This document shows, in pieces, positions 42,296 to 54,200 of a stretch of DNA of 64,000 nucleotides (positions within the stretch are counted from its first letter, which is position 1; each line of letters starts with the position of its first letter). Location of the stretch: contig NC_134031.1 of assembly GCF_964204645.1 (NCBI RefSeq), positions 19,351,910-19,415,909 on the forward strand, in the 5' to 3' direction. This stretch comes from Tubulanus polymorphus (lineage: Eukaryota > Animalia > Nemertea). Under the pieces are notes generated by a model. That model was given only the letters and a program-made list of their open reading frames with translations. It was not told the origin of the DNA and searched no databases. Position numbers and translations under genes: made by a program.

Positions 42296-45200
42296 ATGGA
42301 TCCTGCTGAAGCAACGAACCTTTCTAATTACCTGTTGAATGGCCAATATCCAGCCGATTTTACAAAGGCGATGAAGTGTACTCTGAGAAAGAAAGCGAAG
42401 CATTTTACCATGCAAGGTAGGAAATGAAATATTTTCGTTTTTCAAAATAATATTTGAAAATTCATTAAAGTGTTTTAAAATTATTTTTGAGATAGATAAA
42501 TACAGTTAGGAAAAAGATATCTTGACTTAAATTAAATTTAGATAGATATGTGAGTGAAAAATTCCAACAAATCATTTGAAAATCTGAAGCGTTTGTGACC
42601 GAATGTGCGATTTTTGTTACCGAACTAAAATTGTTGGGAAAACTGTTTGGGCCCAAATAAAAATTATTTTTCGGCATTCAGGATCTATCCAACAAGACTA
42701 TTTCTTTAAAGAAAAATTTACTAAGTAATGTGAGAAAATTTGTTCGACCAATCATTTTAATTCTGAAGCGTTTTGGTTTTATTGCTATTATCAAAGCTAA
42801 AATTGTTGGGAAAAAGATTTGTCATGACTCTGGATCGACCAAATAAAGCTGAATGAGTTATTTCTTTTAAAAAAGTTTTCAATAAGTCATTTAGATGAAA
42901 AGAAATGAACAAAATGTTTCAACCAATCATTTGAAAATTTGTGTGTATTTTGTAAAGGATATTGGTTAGAAAAAAAATAGTTTCAACGTTTTTCACAACT
43001 CGATGAAAACGTAGGTCCTGAACTTTGGAGATCGTAAAAATCTTTAGATTTTCATTGTGCATAGCAACGTGCTTGAACAGGTGTTTCTATCAGTATCTTC
43101 TTGTCAGGAGTAAAAATTAATGGTACTACGGCCCTGGAAGTGGCAGTACCCAAGGAAGACTGTAGCAATTTATGATGCGTTGACGTGCGTTGAAACGAGG
43201 CGACGCATCACAACAGTTGTTTAACTGCGGTTTCTATGGATGCCAATTACGCACCAGCAATTATGAGGGGTATTCCCTGATAAATCAAACAGCTTTTTTT
43301 CAGGTATTTGAGGCTAATTTAACTAAGGCCAATCTTAGAGGCGGCATATTTGACGTACTATTCTAATAGAATGATATCAAAACATCATGACAATTAATTA
43401 CTTAAAAATAAGAAAATGATACACGACATCAATCAGATTCTGATTAATGGTAATATCTAGCATGGCACCAGATATGGCAGTATTAGAGCTATTCCCTCAT
43501 AGTTTGATATCAAAACATAGATGAAAATTGAAAACTTCATATTATTCAATATTTAATTATTAGATACAGCTATCATATTTGACCGTAAGGGGTGCATTTT
43601 ATACTAGATGTAGTATTAGAGCTATCTCCAAATAAAATGATTTTAAAACATCGATGACATTATAAGAGCTAATAGATTGATATTTAAGACATCCAGGGCA
43701 ATTAATAACTTCAAAATCCAAAATAAAACATGATATTAATGATATTTTAAATAAAATACATTCTGATTAACCGTTACTTATGACTTAAAAGGAGGGGATG
43801 CATGTTATACCGTACCAGCTGACAGTATTAGAGCTACCCCCTAATAGATTGATATTAAAACAACCAGGGCAATTAATAACTTCATAATCCAAAATAAAAC
43901 ATGATATTTATGATATTTTGAATAAGATACATTGTGATTAACCATTACGTATTACTTTAAAGGGGGATGCATGTTATACCGTACTAGCTGACAGTATTAG
44001 AGCTACCCCCTAATAGATTGATATTAAAACAACCAGGGCAATTAATAACTTCAAAATCTATAATAAAACATGATATTATAGATATTTTGAATAAGATACA
44101 TTCTGATTAACCATTACTTATGACTTAAAAGGAGGGGATGCATGTAATACCGTACCATCTGACAGTATTAGAGCTACCCCCTAACAGATTGATATTAAAA
44201 CAACTATTGCAATTAATAACTTCAAAATCTATAATAAAACATGATATTAATGATATTTTGAATAAGATACATTCTGATTAACCATTACTTATGACTTAAA
44301 AGGAGGGGATGCATGTAATACCGTACCAGCTGGCAGTATTAGAGCTACCCCCTAATAGATTGATATTAAAACAACTATTGCAATTAATAACTTCAAAATC
44401 TATAATAAAACATGATATTATAGATATTTTGAATAAGATACATTCTGATTAACCATTACTTATGACTTAAAAGGAGGGGATGCATGTAATACCGTACCAT
44501 CTGACAGTATTAGAGCTACCCCCTAACAGATTGATATTAAAACAACTATTGCAATTAATAACTTCAAAATCTATAATAAAACATGATATTAATGATATTT
44601 TGAATAAGATACATTCTGATTAACCATTACTTATGACTTAAAAGGAGGGGATGCATGTAATACCGTACCATCTGACAGTATTAGAGCTACCCCCTAACAG
44701 ATTGATATTAAAACAACTATTGCAATTAATAACTTCAAAATCTATAATAAAACATGATATTAATGATATTTTGAATAAGATACATTCTGATTAACCATTA
44801 CTTTAAAGGAGGGGATGCATGTAATACCGTATCAGCTGACCGTATTAGAGCTACCCCCTAACAGATTGATATTAAAACAACTATTGCAATTAATAACTTC
44901 AAAATCTATAATAAAACATGATATTAATGATATTTTGAATAAGATACATTCTGATTAACCATTACTTATGACTTAAAAGGAGGGGATGCATGTAATACCG
45001 TACCATCTGACAGTATTATAGCTACCCCCTAATAGATTGATATTAAAACAACCAGGGCAATTAATAACTTCATAATCCAAAATAAAACATGATATTAATG
45101 ATATTTTGAATAAGATACATTGTGATTAACCATTACGTATTACTTTAAAGGGGGATGCATGTTATACCGTACTAGCTGACAGTATTAGAGCTACCCCCTA

Positions 45201-48200
45201 ATAGATTGATATTAAAACAACCAGGGCAATTAATAACTTCAAAATCTATAATAAAACATGATATTAATGATATTTTGAATAAGATACATTCTGATTAACC
45301 ATTACTTATGACTTAAAAGGGGGATGCATGTTATACCGTACCATCTGACAGTATTAGAGCTACCCCCTAACAGATTGATATTAAAACAACCAGGGCAATT
45401 AATAACTTCATAATCCAAAATAAAACATGATATTACTGATATTTTGAATAAGATACATTGTGATTAACCATCACTTATTACTTTAAAGGGGGATGCATGT
45501 TATACCGTACCAGCTGACAGTATTAGAGCTACCCCCTAATAGATTGATATTAAAACAACCAGGGCAATTAATAACTTCAAAATCTAAAATAAAACATGAT
45601 ATTAATGATATTTTTAATAAGATACATTCTGATTAACCATTACTTATGACTTTAAAGGAGGGGATCCATGTTATACCGTACCAGCTGACAGTGTTAGAGC
45701 TATCCCCTGATAAAATGATATTAAGATACTGGAGGACAATTATTATTTAAATTAAAGTAGACTACTATTATACTGAACTGCGATAGTGAAAAACTTTTAA
45801 TTTATGATTTTGTGGCCTCTAATCACCGTAGATAGAATCATACGACTAGTATGCATAGCAACGTGCTTGAACAGGTGTCTCAGTCAGAATCTTTTTGTCA
45901 GCAGTAAAAATTAATGGCCCCGAACGTGGCAGTACCCATCAATTAGGATAGGCATGATATGTTCACGTACGTTGATACGAGGCGACGCAACACAACAGTT
46001 GTTTAACAGCGGTTTCCATGTACCAGTAATTAGAAGGGTATTACTTGATAAATCAAACAGGTTTTTGGTATCTTAGAAGATATATTCTGATTAACATCGC
46101 ACCAGAGAAAGCATTAATAGAGCTGTTCCGTAATAGAAAGATACTAAACCAAATTAAAAATTCAAAGATAAATCACTTTTGGATAATTCCAAAATAAGAC
46201 ATCATCTTATTCACGTTTTTATGTAGATGTATTCTCATTGACTATTATATTTAACTTAACAGGATGTGCATGTTATACCGTTCTATTTAGCAGTTGAGCT
46301 ATCTATTAGAACATTTAAAAGAATTACTTCCAAATCTTAGATTTAAAACGATTATTTTAGAGTGAATACATTCTGATGAACTATATTCTATCCGACTTTA
46401 AGGGTGATTCATGAAATTTAGCATTTGATGCTAAAAGTTGATAAATTTGATAAATAGGCGCCATTTTATGGCGGTCCCTCGAGGTCCACATTTTTGCGAT
46501 AATTTCAACTCTTTTTTTAAAACATATGTTTAGATTAAATATCATATAGTTCTACAGTCCCTTGCTCGATGAACTCAAACACCATTTTAAAGGAAATGAA
46601 ATGCAGATATCTGCTGGTGATTCTTGGATGTTTTGAACGCAACAGAGAACAGTGACGATGTGAAACCAAGGACCGCATATTTTAACCGCGCGATATCTAT
46701 TAACTTTGAAGTATCTCTAAAAGCTATATTTCCAATTTTCACAGAGGTTAAAAGGGTTGTTTGCCGTTCGGGCCGGCGTTTAAATTGTTTGAATATCTTT
46801 CCTTACGACTGATCTGTATCCGCTTGAGTTTGAGATTACGCGCCACCATTTCACCGAACATAACCAAAATTATGAATAATGATATTGCATCGATAGATTA
46901 AAGATCAAATCTCAATATCTAAGAAAAATATCTCAAGTCCCGATCAATAGTTAGTAAAGCAGCTAATATCGAATAATCATAAATCTGATGATAGATATAT
47001 ATTATATAAATGATTGAACTTGTTATTCTATTTGAACTCATTCTGGTAAAATAAAATCAATAAAAGTTTTGAAAAATAAATCTTGCTTCAATTTACGTTT
47101 TTGGCAGGAACTCAACTATTTAGAATTCGTCGGAATGGCAAGCATGCCCAAGTTGTAAGCTCCTTGGATGAAGTAAAAAGGATTTTTACATCATATCATT
47201 CGAGTCCTGAAGGAGGCCATTTCAAATTAGAAAAGACTTTCTCCGTGATCGCAGAGAAGTACTTTTGGCCTTCAATGACTAATGACTTGCGAGACTGGGT
47301 AAGTTCATATATCAAATAACCCTTTTAGATTCAGTCATATATTGTGGGATTTTTACTCATCGTCTTATCACGGATATTGTGATCAACTGATCCGTATATT
47401 ATTTGTTTGAATATTCTACGTAACAGTACAATTATTAAACATAACATAGAATAATTAGAGCATGTATTATTACCCAATTAAAGGTGCCTTTTTATTTCTT
47501 ATCATCAATAAATCAATAGATCAAGGGATGTGAAAGCTGTAATATCAAAACTGGGAGATTGCTGAAGGGCGATTCTGAGTTGCAACCTATTAAGGTAAAT
47601 GTCTCTTTTCTTCTATAAAATTTACATGTACCCTCACCAACATCAAGTATAAGATTATTTCACATACTTTACTTTACTTTACTTTATTTGACAAACTCTT
47701 GGTCTTAATACAAAGGCAATTTGAGTGATATATACAGTACATAAAAAGATACATCATATGCGACGTACAGTAGGTAGATACCTAATTAAATATAGGTTTA
47801 CATGCGAGCTATTTCTAAGGAAAAGTGAAAAATCTCATAATTTTACCAATAAAAATTCACAATTTACTAAGTTCGGCTTTCTCTTTGGTTTGCATTAATA
47901 ACTTATGTTTCATAAGGTTGATATAAAATCTGCTGTCTAGATATAATTCCCTACTATCATTTGAATATGTACAGTTGAAAAGGTAGTGAAATTCGTCCCC
48001 AATCCTTATATACATATGACATGTGCTTTCGCCGCGCTCAGTATTATCCCATCTACGTTTTTATTGTGAGCTTATGATTTGTATTTCGAAATTTAGTTAA
48101 GTTAATTATGAGGTTATTATTACGATAGACCATATTGTTAATTGTTTTTTATTTCTAGGTTAATGAAGTCTGGGAAATGGTAGGCGTTGATCTAACCGAA

Positions 48201-51200
48201 GCACCGATGACAAAAAATGGAAACCGGTATATATTTACGGCTACTGATTACGTGTCAAAATGGGTAGAAGCATACCCGATAAAACAAAAGTCGGCAACTG
48301 AAGTTGCAAAGTGTATCCTACAGATGTACTATCGATTTGGTGCCCCAAAGAGAATCCTGTCTGATCAAGGAAGGGAATTTAATAATCAAGTAGGTTTGAC
48401 TCTTGATAAATCACAGAGAACTTGTTATCATTGAAAATCATGTCATATTGTCTTCTTTTAAGTGCAGAATTCAGAGGAAGGTATGTAGGTACTGTCAAAC
48501 TTTTTAACATTAAGGTTGTGTTTTAATCATAGTAACGTTGGTGTTGTATTTCTCAGCTTTGGTTTTTGTTAACCCACAATTGGTTTTGTCATTCTCTTAC
48601 GGGATCTTAAAGCTTCGATCACCTTATGTTTTATGTATTTTTGTGAAAATGTTCATATTTTATTCATTATTAATAAATTAGCTAAAATTCAAGTAAGCAT
48701 CTTTAACTACAACTATAGTTATAACTATAAATATAACTATGATTATATAATTAACTATACAGCTTTAATCATATAACAATATAACAATATAAGTATAACT
48801 AGTACTATACAACTATAAGTGAAATGATCCTGATTCATTTTAGTTGAATGATGAGTTATTGAAAATGATGGGTACGAAACATTGTGTCACCGCTGCCTAC
48901 CACCCACAAACCAATGGACTCGATGAACGGACAAATCAAACTCTAAAACAGTACGTGAAAATACGGAAATATAACATCAGACAGATCTATTTTCATGTAT
49001 TATGTCATTCTTACATTATTGTATTTTAGGAGATTAAAGCATTTAGTTAATTCTAAAAAAAATGATTGGGACGATTACTTAAACAGTGCCACTTACTCCA
49101 TTAATACGAAGCCACACAGCAGCACGAAAATGTCTCCGTTTTATGTTATGTATGGAAGAGTTGCCAGGAATGGAATTGAGGTACCAGAGGTTACTGAAGA
49201 ATACTCGGTAAAATCAATTTTTTCAGTTCGAATTTTTGTATAAAGATGCTGAATTTTGTTAAAATATGTCTCATTTTCCTATATTTACCTTATATATCCA
49301 GGGAGTTGAAGAAAACGGAAATACTGAAGCCAATATTTTATCCATTCATGAGAAAATTGAACAGACCGCGAGGCAAAATATTGAAAAGGCCCAAACTCGT
49401 CAAAAAATTAATTACGATAGGCGGCAAAATAAAGGAGCGAAGAGCCTCAAAGTTGGAGACAAGGTCTACAGGTATTAGTTCCATACCATGCCTATAGTTT
49501 TATGTATGTATTATTACGTGTTGCATTGAATATATGGTATATATATTAGGTACAAAGCAGAAAATATTGGGAGGAAAGGTGGTTTCTTGGAATCTAACTT
49601 CCACGAGGAGACGTTGACTATTGAAGAGATTGTTGGCAAATCAGCGATATTATTGAAAGATGGTAGACCTCTGGGCAGAAAAGTGTCTTTGAAACACTTG
49701 ATGCCCACCAGAGATTTAATCACTGAGTATATTCCAAGAAACCTTCTAAAGAAGAGTTGAGTATCTTAATGAATTAAAGACATCATACTCGTGAAGACAT
49801 GTACTGATAATGAAAAGTAATTAAAATCTTTTGTTTTAGAAGGTTTGAAGGCAAATGCTGACACGGAAGTCGACAGTAACATCTCTGGTATGTACAGAAT
49901 AAACCAATAGTTCATAATGAATCAATTTTGGAAGTTTGTAAATAATAATTATGTTGAATGTCTTCGTCAATTATATTCTGTTCTAGATGGTTTAATTGAT
50001 GACACTGAAGTCCAGGCTGGTGACGACATCGTGGACAACAACGCTGGTGTGTACAGAATAAAACAAAAGTTTAAGAATGAATTAATTAATTCTAAAGTTT
50101 GTAAATAATGATTATGTTGAATGTCATCGTCAATTAATTCTGTTCTAGATGGTTTAATTGATGACACTGAAGTCCAGGCTGGTGCCGATATCGTGGACAA
50201 CAACGCTGGTGTGTACAGAATAAAACAAAAGTTTAAGAATGAATTAATTAATTCTAAAGTTTGTAAATAATGATTATGTTGAATGTCATCGTCAATTAAT
50301 TCTGTTCTAGATGGTTTAATTGATGACACTGAAGTCCAGGCTGGTGACGACATCGTGGACAACAACGCTGGTGTGTACAGAATAAAACAAAAGTTTAAGA
50401 ATGAATTAATTAATTCTAAAGTTTGTAAATAATGATTATGTAGAATGTCATCGTCAATTAATTCTGTTCTAGATGGTTTAATTGATGACACTGAAGTCCA
50501 GGCTGGTGCCGATATCGTGGACAACAACGCTAGTGTGTACAGAATAAAACAAAAGTTTAAGAATGAATTAATTAATTCTAAAGTTTGTAAATAATGATTA
50601 TGTTGAATGTCATCGTCAATTAATTCTGTTCTAGATGGTTTAATTGATGACACTGAAGTCCAGGCTGGTGCCGATATCGTGGACAACAACGCTGGTGTGT
50701 ACAGAATAAAACAAAAGTTTAAGAATGAATTAATTAATTCTAAAGTTTGTAAATAATGATTATGTTGAATGTCATCGTCAATTAATTCTGTTCTAGATGG
50801 TTTAATTGATGACACTGAAGTCCAGGCTGGTGACGACATCGTGGACAACAACGCTGGTGTGTACAGAATAAAACAAAAGTTTAAGAATGAATTAATTAAT
50901 TCTAAAGTTTGTAAATAATGATTATGTTGAATGTCATCGTCAATTATATTCTGTTCTAGATGGTTTAATTGATGACACTGAAGTCCAGGCTGGTGACGAC
51001 ATCGTGGACAACAACGCTGGTGTGTACAGAATAAAACAAAAGTTTAAGAATGAATTAATTAATTCTAAAGTTTGTAAATAATGATTATGTTGAATGTCAT
51101 CGTCAATTAATTCTGTTCTAGATGGTTTAATTGATGACACTGAAGTCCAGGCTGGTGCCGATATCGTGGACAACAACGCTGGTGTGTACAGAATAAAACA

Positions 51201-54200
51201 AAAGTTTAAGAATGAATTAATTAATTCTAAAGTTTGTAAATAATGATTATGTTGAATGTCATCGTCAATTAATTCTGTTCTAGATGGTTTAATTGATGAC
51301 ACTGAAGTCCAGGCTGGTGACGACATCGTGGACAACAACGCTGGTGTGTACAGAATAAAACAGAAGTTTAAGAATGAATGAATTAATTTGGGAAGTTTGT
51401 AAATAATAATTATGTTGAATGTCATCGTCAATTAATTCTGTTCTAGATGGTTTAATTGATGACACTGAAGTCCAGGCTGGTGACGACATCGTGGACAACA
51501 ACGCTGGTGTGTACATAGAATATCGTTGGTATAATAGACAAAATTCTAAACATTTTTCCCATCTTTTAATAAATTCCCTGTCTATTTACAGAAATAATAA
51601 ATATAAGTGATACGGAAGAGATAGAAATGTCTGTACCGATCGCAAAAGAAGCAGCAGTACCTTCAGATGATACTCGTAAGAAAACAGTTTCTCACATTGT
51701 GCCCACAGTCAATGGCGATGATAATTATCATGAATGTATGATTTCTGTCTTTCAGTGGTTTATACGACCTGGGAATATGGTCCGAAGGACTACTACTTTG
51801 GAAAATTGTTTACCGTAAGAGGAGTACCGTTGTCGGATGCGACAATATTTTCATTAAAAAAAAATGAACAGCTCAATGATGAAGTAAGTATAAAGCTCTT
51901 ACAATTTTTTGATTTTTTCTGGGTTGATTAAACGTATTCCTTTTTCAGGCTGTTTTTCAAGGGCTCAATCATTTAACGTTAAAGTATTCGACGGAATCGA
52001 AAGTAAGTATGGAAAGTTTGAAGTGTACATTCGTATGTACCAATTAAACAAATTACCGCGGTACTGCTTATTGAAAATTTCTTGAATTCATTGAAATAAA
52101 CATTATGGTTTTAGACGATTGGAGTACAGAGTAGCCATATTTTGTCGCCAATGATATTTGGTGATAGACGCCGATTGCCGGGTGCATTGGTAAGTTTGTG
52201 TAACCATGAAATAGAATAAGCTGGAATTCTTAGGAAGTAACGTTAGAAGTATTATCCAAGGATTTATCTAATGTCATTTCATGTGACAGTTTTTAAAAAG
52301 ATATTCTTATATTTCAGAGATCATTGGCAGAAAAAGAAGTATGGCTATGCCCATTGTTACATGGTGGTCACTGGACACTCATGGTACTTAATCAAATCAC
52401 ATAGAACTGAACATAGAACTTATAATTGCTTTAAAATTCATTATATCTGCAGATCATACAGACAAATACGAAAGAGATCTTGTATCTCAATTCATTGGGC
52501 GAACTAAAAGAGGAATTGATAACCGTTTTTAAAAACACAATCGCCATCAAGAGTGTCAAGTCAATGGGAAACTGGAGGTTGAGGACCGTCAAACACTCAA
52601 AGCAGCTAGATTCATCATCATGTGGAGTCTTTGTTCTCAAGGTATATGAAAGGACTTTATATACAGGGATATTATTGATATTAACAAGTTTAATTATGGT
52701 ATACCCTGTATCTAAATAACTTGCAGGAGACCGTGTTTGTTAATCAAATAGGCCTCACACTATAATTGATTATATTCTGCGATATTCTGTAGTTTGCAGA
52801 GAGTATTTTGGCAAATGAAACCCTTGAGTTTGACAATACTAGTTCTGCGATCGATCAGTACCGATTTGAGATAGCCATGTGGCTCATGGGATCGATAGGT
52901 AAGAAAGGTGAACAGTACGCAATAAAGATATACACATTCCTTTACCTGAAATTGAAATTACAGTGTATTTTCATTCAATAGCTACAGATCCTTCAAAGAT
53001 GTGCTGTCTATGTTGTCATGCAAGCTCAATTCATGTTACCGATTGGGTAAGTTTCCGTTGACACTAATTGATATTATACAATTTTTCTTCTATTCGTGGT
53101 GAATGTTTAGAAATGTTCCCAGTTTATTTGATTTATCATTTTCAATCAGATTGGCTGTGATAGATGCTTTAGGTGGTTTCACCTAGCTTGCTACAACAGA
53201 CAAATACCCCTGATAGGCAGCAACATTGCAAGCAGTGTGATGTTTTTTTGCAAGTACTGCAAAGCTATTGACAGTAAGCAAAGATCAGTCTCGCGAATAT
53301 CTTTTCTATCTATTATATTAATTCTTTAATGAATATATTTGCATTCATTTTTATTCAGGCGAACAAGAAAATCAAGGAAATCCTATAGGAAATGGTGAGT
53401 TATAATGAATTGCTGTTGCATAACAATGTATCAAACTTTGAGGAAGACTGGGAAGACTCCAATCGGTTGGCTGGCATGATTCATTTGGTCGACCTGGTTT
53501 ACCCAGAATGATTCCATTTATAACATTATATTATTATAGGAGTTATTAAAGTCTTAGGATAATTTGATGAAAAATCTTACGAAAGAAAATCAATGATAAT
53601 TTTTTCACAGTGTACTTAGTTAAGACTAAGGAGAAATAATTAAGTTGGTTCTAGCTCCGAGGTATCTACTCACTACACATGTCGCGCGCACAATCCTAAT
53701 TTTAAAGTAAGAGTAAAAGACCAACGGAGAATGAAGATAAATTGAATAGAAACTTTTCTTCAGGTAACTTTCCTGATGTGTCCCTCGTCCAAAATGAAAA
53801 TGAGCTTCATGATGCAGAGTTCGTTACTAGTAAGTTCAATATGTCAGGATACCGGGAATGTCCATAATTTATTGCAAGATGGATTACAGATGGAGACAAA
53901 CATTCGCCAAGGAATCATTATGATAGGCCTACTGTAGTAGAAAGTTAGTACTATGAAATAGAGTCGTCCTAAAGTACCCTGTTTTTCTATATTACAGATA
54001 ATGAATTACCAGACATAGTTCCACCAAAACGAAGAAAAACGAGTGATTTTGAGTTCGAGAATACCACTGCATGTGACAACAAAACTGCAGGTCTGTTAAT
54101 TCTGCATTTCTTAATTCTATTCAATCAGATTACTAATTTGATGTAGCGCATTTGTGACCACGAACATAATTATGTTCGTATATAACGAATTAAGTAGGAG

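Noticed and set aside
43600-45730. 171-bp period equals primate alpha satellite; possible centromere
   Set aside because: No recognisable alphoid sequence or CENP-B box, and the arrays are only 2-6 kb in a gene-dense region. The length match is likely a nucleosome-scale coincidence.
43059-46060. The 230-bp direct repeats as LTRs of a TRIM-like element
   Set aside because: No TG...CA ends, PBS, PPT or TSD were evident. Both copies are followed by homologous decayed monomers, which fits a tandem duplication better.
42296-49760. Gypsy LTR retrotransposon or Polinton as the source of the integrase
   Set aside because: No gag, aspartic protease, RT, RNase H, LTR, DNA polymerase B or capsid ORFs were found. 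The gene is full of spliceosomal introns and bounded by short TIRs.
49967-51516. Long minus-strand ORFs (294, 163 and 75 aa) with 54-aa repeats
   Set aside because: By-product of a 162-bp (multiple of 3) repeat. The plus strand has proper splice sites in frame with the flanking transposase exons, and the 1-nt indels break the minus-strand frame.
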